A stretch of 57,922 nt of DNA from positions 1-57,922 of IMG/VR virus record IMGVR_UViG_3300029787_000044, one strand, 5' to 3'. Below the pieces are notes generated by a model. That model did not search any database and had not been told where the DNA came from. It was given only the letters and a program-made list of their open reading frames with translations. The DNA comes from a virus. Lineage: Duplodnaviria; Caudoviricetes. How positions within the stretch are numbered: position 1 is the stretch's first letter; every line of letters starts with the position of its first letter. Of this stretch, positions 44,841 through 52,957 are shown piece after piece. A program made the translations under genes and the position numbers.

Positions 44841-46364
44841 ATGTCGTTAGCAGAGAATTTTGCTAAACGCTATGCGGGATTACGCTCAGCTTATGGAACT
44901 TTTACGGCAAGTAATGACACCAGAGAAGATGGCAAGGCAAGTGGTAAAAACATAACAATATCCAAGGAGTTGTCTGATAAAGACCTCCTTGGACTGTGGG
45001 AAAATCACTTGTCTGGTCAGCAAAGCGTAGGGATCGTAGCGATAGATGAGACAAACAGTTGTGTTTGGGGAGCTATCGATGTTGATGAGTATCAGCTCGA
45101 CCTTAAAGACTTAGCTATAAAAATAGCCAAACAAGAATTACCTCTTGTACTTTGCCGTAGTAAAAGTGGAGGAGCTCATCTATATATATTTCTTAATGAG
45201 CCTATTGCTGCTTCTATGTTACAAAGAAAACTAAGACAAATAGCCGCATCAATCGGATACGGGCAAGCAGAAATATTTCCAAAACAAACTAAACTATTAC
45301 TAGACAGAGGAGACAGAGGAAGTACATTAAACATGCCATATTTTGGTGGAGAAAACTCTACTAGATATGCTTACGGTAAAGAAGGAGAAGCACTAAGCCC
45401 ACAAGAATTTTTAAACTATATAGAAACTATAGAACTAACACCTAATCAATTAGAAAAACTAGAAGCAAGTCCGTTAACTGAGTCAGTCGAATGGTTAGAC
45501 CAAGCTCCGCCTTGTATCCAACATTTAATAGTGCAGGGTTTTCCTAAAGGCACGAGAAACTCAGGTTTGTTTAATGTAGGAGTTTTCTTACGTAAGAAGT
45601 TTCCTGACGATTGGGAAAAACGATTAGAAGATGTTAATATTCAATACATGCAACCCCCATTAGGAGCACAAGAAGTTTTAACGATAGGTAAACAGTTACA
45701 AAGAAAAGATTATTTCTATAAATGTAATGACCAACCTATAGCTAGTCACTGCAATAGTCCGTTATGTAGAACACGTAAGTTTGGTATTGGTGCTAACGGT
45801 GGCACACCTTTATTTAGTAACTTAACAAAACAAGACAGCGATCCCCCTATATGGTTTTTAGATGTTGAGGGAGGACGTTTAGAATTAGAGACAGATGATC
45901 TACTAAACCAAAATAGATTTCAGCGTAAATGTATGGACGCTTTAAACAAGATACCACCTAAAGTAAAAGAAAATGTGTGGCGTCAGATTATACAACAGTT
46001 ACTCGATGTTATCACTATTGTAGAAGTTCCTATGGAAAGTTCTACTGAAGGACATTTTATGGAGCTGTTGGAAGCTTTTTGCACAGAAAGACCTGCTAGA
46101 GAAAGAGACGAATTATTATTACATAAACCTTGGACAGACAAAGGCAGGACTTACTTTAGGTTATTAGATTTAATGGATTATTTACATAGAAATAATTTTA
46201 AAGAGTATCAAAGAAATAAACTAACATCAAAATTAAAACAGCTTCACGGAGAACCTTATTTTTTCAACATAAAAGGCAAAGGGGTAAACGTGTGGTTTAT
46301 AGAAGAATTTAAAACCCAAGACGAACCTCACGACTTACCTGATTTTAATGATAATTTATTATGA
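44841..46364 (+). CDS. Primase (AEP/primpol-like with PriCT-like domain)
   Basis: WGAIDVD, RSKSGGAHLYIF, EIFPKQ, LNMPY, PPC...G-x-RN, Cys cluster. Confidence 0.8.
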   Translation: MSLAENFAKRYAGLRSAYGTFTASNDTREDGKASGKNITISKELSDKDLLGLWENHLSGQQSVGIVAIDETNSCVWGAIDVDEYQLDLKDLAIKIAKQELPLVLCRSKSGGAHLYIFLNEPIAASMLQRKLRQIAASIGYGQAEIFPKQTKLLLDRGDRGSTLNMPYFGGENSTRYAYGKEGEALSPQEFLNYIETIELTPNQLEKLEASPLTESVEWLDQAPPCIQHLIVQGFPKGTRNSGLFNVGVFLRKKFPDDWEKRLEDVNIQYMQPPLGAQEVLTIGKQLQRKDYFYKCNDQPIASHCNSPLCRTRKFGIGANGGTPLFSNLTKQDSDPPIWFLDVEGGRLELETDDLLNQNRFQRKCMDALNKIPPKVKENVWRQIIQQLLDVITIVEVPMESSTEGHFMELLEAFCTERPARERDELLLHKPWTDKGRTYFRLLDLMDYLHRNNFKEYQRNKLTSKLKQLHGEPYFFNIKGKGVNVWFIEEFKTQDEPHDLPDFNDNLL

Positions 46365-46945
46365 TAAGATACATTAAAAAATATTTTAAAGAAATTAATC
46401 CGTACATAGAAGAGTGGGATAAGCCTAGAGAAAGAGAGTTCAATGGCTCTATGGTTAAAGGCAGACCTACGAAAGGGTTTGGCAGTTCTTCTTTTAACTA
46501 TGCAGGTAAATTGTATAAACCCACACCATGGACTCCTGCCATGTACAATCTTAAACAAGAAGCAGAACGTTTAGTTTGGGAGGAGTTAGGTATCGACAAA
46601 CAGTTCACGTTTTGTTTATGCGGTTACTATGGGGTAGACGGAAAAGGCATACCGCATCACTCAGATACAGTACCTACACTAGATGACATAGTGGTTTCAA
46701 TATCGTTAGGTGCTCCTAGAGTATTTGTACAACGCACCTATCAAAACAATGTAAAAACACATACGGACACTAGCGAAATAGAAACTAAAATAGAGAATTT
46801 TATAATAGATGAAAAACATTATATTTTAGAGGACGGAGATGTACTTATTTTTGATGGGCATAATCAAATGAAGTCTACCCACGCCGTACCTGATTTAGAA
46901 AAAGCAGGAACAAGAATCAATTTAACTTTTAGGAGTGGTTTGTGA
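46361..46945 (+). CDS. AlkB-like 2OG-Fe(II) dioxygenase
   Basis: Y...GIPHHSD (HxD), SISLGAPR-x-F, L-x-DGD, STHAVP, RINLTFR. Confidence 0.9.
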   Translation: MIRYIKKYFKEINPYIEEWDKPREREFNGSMVKGRPTKGFGSSSFNYAGKLYKPTPWTPAMYNLKQEAERLVWEELGIDKQFTFCLCGYYGVDGKGIPHHSDTVPTLDDIVVSISLGAPRVFVQRTYQNNVKTHTDTSEIETKIENFIIDEKHYILEDGDVLIFDGHNQMKSTHAVPDLEKAGTRINLTFRSGL

Positions 46946-48438
46946 CATTACCTAGTCATACACAAGTTATTCTTGGACCTCCAGGAACAGGAAAGACGAG
47001 CACTTTACTGGGTTTGATAGAAGATGAATTAGAAAGTGGCACACAACCAGAAGGTATAGGTTTTTTTACTTTTACTAAAAAAGCTGTAAAAGAAGGCAAA
47101 GAACGAGCAATAAATAGGTTTAATATAAGCAACAAAGAGCTACCTTTTTTCAGAACTTTACATTCTTTAGCTTTTAGACAACTAGGATTAACTAGAGAAA
47201 GCGTAGTTAGTCATACAGATATAAAAGATCTAAATGAAAAACTTAATTTAAAATTAACAGGCAGAACAACTTCTGATGACGGTCATTTATTCGGTATGAC
47301 ACACGATGACAGATTAGCGTTTATAGAAAATCTTGCTCGTATGCGAGACATACCTTTAGAACAACAATGGCATGAAGTTGATGATGCGGTAGGTTGGTTC
47401 GAACTAGAACGATTTGCTAGAGGATTACGGTTATTTAAAGAAGACAGATTATTAGTTGATTATACAGACATGTTACAAAAATTTCTTGTAGAAGGAGATG
47501 TGCCTCGACTCGATGTAATGTTTGTAGACGAGGCTCAAGATTTATCTCCTTTGCAGTGGGCGGTGGTGCGTAAGTTAGCAGAAAACTCTAAAAAGATTTA
47601 TGTAGCGGGAGATGATGATCAAGCTATTTATAAGTGGGCAGGGGCTGATGTAGATTATTTAATTAAAAATTCTAAAGACGCCATGATATTAAAACAATCG
47701 TATCGTGTTCCATCTTCTGTACATACGGTAGCTAAACAGTGTATTGGACAAGTTCGTTCTCGAATATATAAGGAATGGACTCCTAGAAAAGAAGAAGGAT
47801 TAGTGCGTTGGGAACCTAATATAGAATTAGTAAACATGGAAGAAGGAGACTGGCTTGTTTTAGCTAGAACTAATTATTTGTTAGAAGAAGTTGATGAGTA
47901 TTGTAGAAACGAGGGTTGGTTTTTTGAAGTAAAAGGTAGACCTAGTATATCAGAAGCCAAAGTACGAGCAGTAATCCATTGGGAAAGTTTATCTAAAGGA
48001 CAAAGCGTATCTTTGAACGAGTGCGCTAATATTTTAAAATACATTAAAGTTGACAAACCTAAAAAATTAGACATGCTAGATTCTGATTTAACTCTACAGT
48101 ACCAAGATTTTAAATCTCATTTTCCTGACCTGCCTGATGGTCATTGGTATGATGTTTTTAATTTATTAAGTGCTAAAGAGATTAGTTACATAAGAGCTAT
48201 GTTACGTAGAGGAGAAAAGATAACCAAACTTCCTAGAATACGTTTATCTACTATCCATGCTGCTAAAGGCGGCGAGGCTACCAACGTAGTATTGTTAACA
48301 GATATAACTTCAAGAGTGTATAAAAATTATCAACAAAACCCTGATGATGAAAACAGGGTGTTTTATGTAGGAGTAACAAGGACTAAAGAAAACCTCTATT
48401 TAATAGAGCCTAAAACAACACGCTGCTATCAGTTGTAA
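46942..48438 (+). CDS. UvrD/Rep-like SF1 helicase
   Basis: GPPGTGKT, FRTLHS, VDEAQD, GDDDQAIY, QSYR, STIHAAKGGEA, YVGVTR. Confidence 0.95.
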   Translation: MTLPSHTQVILGPPGTGKTSTLLGLIEDELESGTQPEGIGFFTFTKKAVKEGKERAINRFNISNKELPFFRTLHSLAFRQLGLTRESVVSHTDIKDLNEKLNLKLTGRTTSDDGHLFGMTHDDRLAFIENLARMRDIPLEQQWHEVDDAVGWFELERFARGLRLFKEDRLLVDYTDMLQKFLVEGDVPRLDVMFVDEAQDLSPLQWAVVRKLAENSKKIYVAGDDDQAIYKWAGADVDYLIKNSKDAMILKQSYRVPSSVHTVAKQCIGQVRSRIYKEWTPRKEEGLVRWEPNIELVNMEEGDWLVLARTNYLLEEVDEYCRNEGWFFEVKGRPSISEAKVRAVIHWESLSKGQSVSLNECANILKYIKVDKPKKLDMLDSDLTLQYQDFKSHFPDLPDGHWYDVFNLLSAKEISYIRAMLRRGEKITKLPRIRLSTIHAAKGGEATNVVLLTDITSRVYKNYQQNPDDENRVFYVGVTRTKENLYLIEPKTTRCYQL

Positions 48439-48444
48439 AAGTCC

Positions 48445-48474
48445 TTTACTTTGCATATAATTATAAAGTATATT
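48445..48474 (+). promoter_or_regulatory. Promoter (CTTTACTTTG variant) for the DNA repair/modification operon
   Basis: TTTACT 48445-50, 18 bp, TATATT 48469-74; followed by the AGAAAGGAGAAA RBS. Confidence 0.55.
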
Positions 48475-48503
48475 ATTTAAGTGTTTAAAGAAAGGAGAAA
48501 ACA

Positions 48504-49004
48504 ATGAACATATTTTATTTTAACAAAGACCCTGAGGTTTCTGCTAAAGCACAACCTGACAAGATGTTAGTCAAAATGCCTTTAGAAACCGCACAGATGT
48601 TATGCACAGCTCATCGTATATTAGATGGAGACGAGTATGCAGACGAAGTTGGTTTATATAAAAAAGCTTACATGAACCATCCGTGCACTATATGGGCTAG
48701 AGAATGCAGTGGTAATTACTGGTGGCTCTATAAACATTTTTTAGCGTTAGGTAATGAATATACTTATCGCTACAATCGTAATCACCTTAGTTTGGATAAA
48801 CTAGCTGATGCCTTATACGTGATGCCTAAAAACATTACTAAAGGTCTTATGACCGACGTAGCACAAGCTATGCCTGATGAGTACAAAAACGAGGACTCTA
48901 CTCTCGCTTACCGTAATTACGTTATCAATGAAAAACATTACGCTAAATGGGAGAAGGGTAGAAATAAACCAAGTTGGTGGGAGGTAAATCAATGTCATCA
49001 ATAA
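48504..49004 (+). CDS. Pyrimidine-dimer DNA glycosylase-like (DenV/endonuclease V-related) protein
   Basis: MNIF...DK-x2-VKMPLE-x-AQMLCT, NHPCT-x-W, EY-x2-RY-x3-H, QAMPDEYK, AYR-x-Y. Confidence 0.75.
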   Translation: MNIFYFNKDPEVSAKAQPDKMLVKMPLETAQMLCTAHRILDGDEYADEVGLYKKAYMNHPCTIWARECSGNYWWLYKHFLALGNEYTYRYNRNHLSLDKLADALYVMPKNITKGLMTDVAQAMPDEYKNEDSTLAYRNYVINEKHYAKWEKGRNKPSWWEVNQCHQ

Positions 49005-49843
49005 GAAAGAAACTGCTCGTTAATGAAAACGACAGTAAAAATACTAGAATGGATATAGCTAGTGCGGGTGTATTAGCAAACTGGCGACCTGATGAAATAG
49101 CTCATATGAGCCGTTTCGATAATATAGCTTCTATGTGTATAGAAGAAGCTAAACGATTAGGTAGACCATTAGATACTTTTGAAGTAGGTTGTGGAGAGTG
49201 CTGGACTTTAAGAAATTTGTATAAAGCATATGTCATCAAGAAATCAGATGTCATTAGCTCTTATTATGGTTACGATATAGATCCTGCGTGTGAAATGGAA
49301 AATCCTTTTTGGTCTAATGCAGGTAATCCATTAAAAGACTCTACGTGGTTCAAGAATTTTAATGGTGAAATACGTATTCAAGATTTAACGACTAATCCTG
49401 TATTTGATTTAAAAGACGAAAGCATCGATTTCTTTTGGACTACTGAAGTTATAGAGCACATGGGTAAAGAGTTTATTTCTGCATGGTTAGATGATGCGGC
49501 TAGGGTTATACGACCTAACGGATTAATTTTTGTTTCTACTCCTAATCATGAAGGCTCTAACGACAAGTTACCTGAAGACCATGTATATGAATGGGGTTTT
49601 AAAGAACTTAAAGATGAATTAGAAAGGAATTTTAAGCTAATAGATGTAACAGGAACGTTTATACAACTTCCTAATTTAAAGAAAGCTATAAAAGAAGACT
49701 CTAATTTTCCTTCAAGAGGATGGAGTTTAGAGCAACTAGAAATGCTTAAAGCTAGGTATGGTAGACAGTTTCTACGTGTAGTAGCAGCAGCACCCTACCC
49801 TGAGTACGCTAATAATTGTTCATGGATATTAAGGAAAAAATAA
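48992..49843 (+). CDS. Class I SAM-dependent methyltransferase
   Basis: FEVGCG motif I, YGYDID motif II, D-x5-EVIEH, R-x2-RPNG-x4-STPN; RBS GGAGG supports 48992. Confidence 0.88.
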   Translation: MSSIRKKLLVNENDSKNTRMDIASAGVLANWRPDEIAHMSRFDNIASMCIEEAKRLGRPLDTFEVGCGECWTLRNLYKAYVIKKSDVISSYYGYDIDPACEMENPFWSNAGNPLKDSTWFKNFNGEIRIQDLTTNPVFDLKDESIDFFWTTEVIEHMGKEFISAWLDDAARVIRPNGLIFVSTPNHEGSNDKLPEDHVYEWGFKELKDELERNFKLIDVTGTFIQLPNLKKAIKEDSNFPSRGWSLEQLEMLKARYGRQFLRVVAAAPYPEYANNCSWILRKK

Positions 49844-49845
49844 TT

Positions 49846-50022
49846 ATGAAACTTAATTTTGAAACGAAAAAACCTAACACCACAGGAATTCAATTTAGAA
49901 TTGATCCAGACACTAAGAAAAAGTTAAATGCTTTGAAAAAGTTTTATGGAGTAGGTACAGGGGTTTTAATTAAACAAATGATTACTGAATGTCATCTTTC
50001 ATTAGCGGACATAGACAAATAA
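49846..50022 (+). CDS. Small putative ribbon-helix-helix DNA-binding protein
   Basis: GIQFRIDPDTKKKLNALKKFYGVGTGVLIKQMI has the alternating strand plus two helices pattern. Confidence 0.55.
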   Translation: MKLNFETKKPNTTGIQFRIDPDTKKKLNALKKFYGVGTGVLIKQMITECHLSLADIDK

Positions 50023-50024
50023 CC

Positions 50025-50930
50025 ATGTTTATTCAAGAAGAACTGGATCGTTATTGCTATTGGCAAGTAGAACGAGAGAATATACGTCTACAAAAAGAGA
50101 TATCAAAACTCCCGTCTCCGTGGACTGATGATCCAATTCTTCGCGAGTTTAAATTTTGCCAAGTTTTTAGAGAAGACGACAGAACTACTCGATGGTTTAG
50201 AACACATATAAGAGAACCTTTGTATTATTCTCCTGATGTTTTTATGGCTACTATTATATTTCGTTGGTTTAATTTTATAGACACAGGAAGAACTTTGATA
50301 GAACATGATTTATTACTAAACTGGGACAGGAAAAAAGCAATAAATGAAATAACTAAACAACCTAAATGGATAACTGGAGCTTATATCGTTAAAACACCTA
50401 ACGGTATGGATAAAGTTACAGGAGTTTCTGAGTGTATTTCTCATATGTGGAATGATAGAAAAAAGCTAGTTGATAAAATTAGTCAATGCGATTTATTAGA
50501 AGAAACATGGGAACTATTAAGAGATTATCCATACATGGGACCTTTCATGGCTTATGAGGTGGTTACTGATTTAAGGCATACTTATCTATTAGGCAACGCT
50601 AAAGACGTGCTTACATGGGCTAACGCAGGTCCAGGAGCTATGCGAGGATTAAATAGATTAACAGGCAGAGAGCTAGGTTATTCTAAACGTAGCCATGATT
50701 GGGTAGGTGAGATGAGAGCTTTATACAAAGAGGTACAGGCTAAACTTCCTGCTCACATCTTAAATAGAAATGAAATGAACTATGAAATGCGTGAAATAGA
50801 AGGAGGACTTTGTGAGTTTGATAAGTATTCGAGGATACTAAAAGGCGAAGGTAGAACAAGGTCTGTATATAAACCGAATGATCTTCCAATAGTAGAAGAT
50901 TTAATAGAAGGAGAAAGTAAATATGGGTAG
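50025..50930 (+). CDS. 5-hmdU DNA kinase-like protein (aGPT-Pplase1 family, helical domain)
   Basis: ER-x2-I...PWTDDPIL-x2-FKFC-x-V-x-REDDR-x-T, FRWFN, GAY, G-x-FMAYEVVTD, GPGA-x-RGL, IE-x2-LCEFDKY-x-R. Confidence 0.85.
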   Translation: MFIQEELDRYCYWQVERENIRLQKEISKLPSPWTDDPILREFKFCQVFREDDRTTRWFRTHIREPLYYSPDVFMATIIFRWFNFIDTGRTLIEHDLLLNWDRKKAINEITKQPKWITGAYIVKTPNGMDKVTGVSECISHMWNDRKKLVDKISQCDLLEETWELLRDYPYMGPFMAYEVVTDLRHTYLLGNAKDVLTWANAGPGAMRGLNRLTGRELGYSKRSHDWVGEMRALYKEVQAKLPAHILNRNEMNYEMREIEGGLCEFDKYSRILKGEGRTRSVYKPNDLPIVEDLIEGESKYG

Positions 50931-51144
50931 AGTCAATGAATACTCAGTAGAACTATTAGAAGATTGGGGCGACTCAGTTGATATATATTACACACAATTT
51001 TTAGAGGTAGCATTCTTTTTAAGAGTACCTGCATCACAAGATATGGCTATCGCTTTTGTAAAAAGAAAGCTTCCGCGTCTATCGGAAAGTGAAATAAACT
51101 TTTTAATTGGAGAAATTATAGAGGGCTATCACAGCACTTTATAA
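50923..51144 (+). CDS. Small hypothetical protein
   Basis: RBS GAAGGAG; overlaps the previous stop. Confidence 0.6.
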   Translation: MGRVNEYSVELLEDWGDSVDIYYTQFLEVAFFLRVPASQDMAIAFVKRKLPRLSESEINFLIGEIIEGYHSTL

Positions 51145-51151
51145 GAAAACA

Positions 51152-51250
51152 ATGTTAGAGTATTTAAGTAAATTAATAGACAGATTATTAGAGTTATCGT
51201 TAAAAAGAACTGCTAATAAAATGTCAAGGAGAAAGAATGAAGGTAATTAA
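51152..51250 (+). CDS. Possible tiny protein (not in ORF track)
   Basis: MLEYLSKLIDRLLELSLKRTANKMSRRKNEGN* fills the gap before the TS homologue; weak RBS. Confidence 0.35.
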   Translation: MLEYLSKLIDRLLELSLKRTANKMSRRKNEGN

Positions 51251-52277
51251 TGCACGAAATGTAAACGACGCTCTACTTTTAGGCATAGATTTATTTAATG
51301 ATAAAACTAATTATAGAGTTCAAGAAAGCCGTAATGGAGATACTTATGAAGCAATAGATCCAGTGACAACTGTTTATAACCATCCTTGGGAAAGGGTTTG
51401 TTTAATAACAGAACGGGACGCTAATCCATTTTTTCATTACATAGAAGGTTTGTGGATGCTAGCAGGACGTAAAGATTTAAAACCATTAACTTTTTTTGTT
51501 AACTCTATGAAAGATTTTTCAGATGATGGCAAAACTTTATGGGGAGCTTATGGTTGGAGATGGAGAGACTACTTCCATAAAGACCAATTAGATATTATTA
51601 TTACTATGTTAAAAACAAATCCTGATGATAGACGTTGTGTTTTGCAGATGTGGGATGCTAATAAAGATTTAAATAGGCAAGGCAAAGATGTTCCTTGTAA
51701 TACTAATATTTATTTTAAAGTTAGAGACAATAGATTGCACATGACTGTTTGTAACAGATCTAACGACATGTTGTGGGGGGCTTATGGAGCTAATGTAGTA
51801 CACATGTCAATGCTTCAGGAGTATATAGCCTCTATGATAGGAGTGTCTATGGGAGTGTACAGGCAGGTTAGTGATAGTTTTCATGTGTACTTAAATCCTG
51901 TTTGGGATAAAGTTAAAGACATAGAAATAGACATATACACTCAACGTGAGGTAAAAAACCCTTACGACAGCTTAGACGAACATGTTGCTTTAATTACTGA
52001 CTGTGATAGTTTTGACAGAGAGTTAAAAAGATTTTTTAATATTAATCCTATGGATTTTGATGTTGTTGATTATGGTTGGCAAAATGCAGCCTTTATTGAC
52101 ATAGCTATACCTATGATGCAATGTTACGCTGCTTACAAAATAGGTGAATTTGATTATGCTTATGAAAAAGCAGGAAATATTAAAGCTCACGATTGGAAAA
52201 AGGCATGTCTCGAATGGATCCGCAAGAGAGAGATGTCACTTATTAATAAAGCGGATATAGGAGGAACTCATGAGTAA
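51237..52277 (+). CDS. Thymidylate synthase homologue, probably dUMP hydroxymethylase
   Basis: SRNG, GAYG-x-RWR, DQL, RR-x-V, catalytic D-x-PCN, RSND-x2-WG-x3-N (Asn indicates dUMP specificity), SFHVY; lies next to the 5-hmdU kinase-like gene. Confidence 0.85.
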   Translation: MKVINARNVNDALLLGIDLFNDKTNYRVQESRNGDTYEAIDPVTTVYNHPWERVCLITERDANPFFHYIEGLWMLAGRKDLKPLTFFVNSMKDFSDDGKTLWGAYGWRWRDYFHKDQLDIIITMLKTNPDDRRCVLQMWDANKDLNRQGKDVPCNTNIYFKVRDNRLHMTVCNRSNDMLWGAYGANVVHMSMLQEYIASMIGVSMGVYRQVSDSFHVYLNPVWDKVKDIEIDIYTQREVKNPYDSLDEHVALITDCDSFDRELKRFFNINPMDFDVVDYGWQNAAFIDIAIPMMQCYAAYKIGEFDYAYEKAGNIKAHDWKKACLEWIRKREMSLINKADIGGTHE

Positions 52278-52632
52278 ATGGGAAAAAATGAAAGATATCG
52301 CTCAAAACGATTTATCAGCTCTACAAAAAGCTGAGACGTCTTATGGCGACTCTTGGAGACGTCGTGGAGGTGTTGGTGCCTTTATGATGTTAGCACGTAA
52401 ATTCGATAGAATCGAGCATCAGTCGCAAAAGCACGGGTGGGACGTATTCGAGGCAGGTGAAGTCTATGTGGGCGAAGCAGGTCTACTCGATGATATTAGA
52501 GATTTACGTAGATATTTATTATTAGTTGAAGAATACATCTTAGACAACACCGTAACAAAATACGAAGATCTTCCTTATGAAGAAGTTGACGATGTAAATT
52601 ATTCTGCCGAAGATGGCAGAGAGGAGGATTAA
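52270..52632 (+). CDS. Nucleotide-modification-associated (Nmad1 / all-alpha NTP pyrophosphatase-like) protein
   Basis: K-x3-YGDSW-x2-RG...RK-x2-R...LDDIRDL-x2-Y. Confidence 0.65.
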   Translation: MSKWEKMKDIAQNDLSALQKAETSYGDSWRRRGGVGAFMMLARKFDRIEHQSQKHGWDVFEAGEVYVGEAGLLDDIRDLRRYLLLVEEYILDNTVTKYEDLPYEEVDDVNYSAEDGREED

Positions 52633-52633
52633 T

Positions 52634-52957
52634 ATGGGATTTTGGGCAAAATTTATTGCGTTTATAACACCACCACCCACTGAAAAGAAAGTGGACGAGG
52701 TTATGAAAGCTAAAGTAATTAAATCAGCTGTACAAACAGCTACAGTAACATTAGATAAATTTGATGATGCTTCTGTTGTTAAAGCAAAACCTAAAAGAGC
52801 TAGAACCAAAAAAGGCACTTACAAAGCCGATAATAAATCTACGCCTGATGTAAATGAGGCTTGGGTAGGTGGTAAAGCTCCGACTAAAAAGAAAAAGACC
52901 ACAACAAAAACGAAGAAGCCTAAAGCTAAAACAGTTAAGGTTACTAAGAAAAAGTGA
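52634..52957 (+). CDS. Lys-rich hypothetical protein
   Basis: RBS GAGGAGG; KRARTKKG-x-YKAD-x2-STPDVNEAW motif, basic tail. Confidence 0.7.
   Translation: MGFWAKFIAFITPPPTEKKVDEVMKAKVIKSAVQTATVTLDKFDDASVVKAKPKRARTKKGTYKADNKSTPDVNEAWVGGKAPTKKKKTTTKTKKPKAKTVKVTKKK

Noticed and set aside
48992-49843. Orphan DNA adenine/cytosine methyltransferase
   Set aside because: No DPPY/NPPY/SPPY or PCQ catalytic motif; the EVIEH...STPN pattern is that of small-molecule class I MTases.
51237-52277. Ordinary ThyA or dCMP hydroxymethylase
   Set aside because: Divergent from ThyA (RSND-x2-WG rather than RS-x-D-x2-LG-x-PFN), adjacent to an hmdU kinase-like gene, and has Asn rather than the Asp of dCMP-specific enzymes; plain ThyA activity is not fully excluded.
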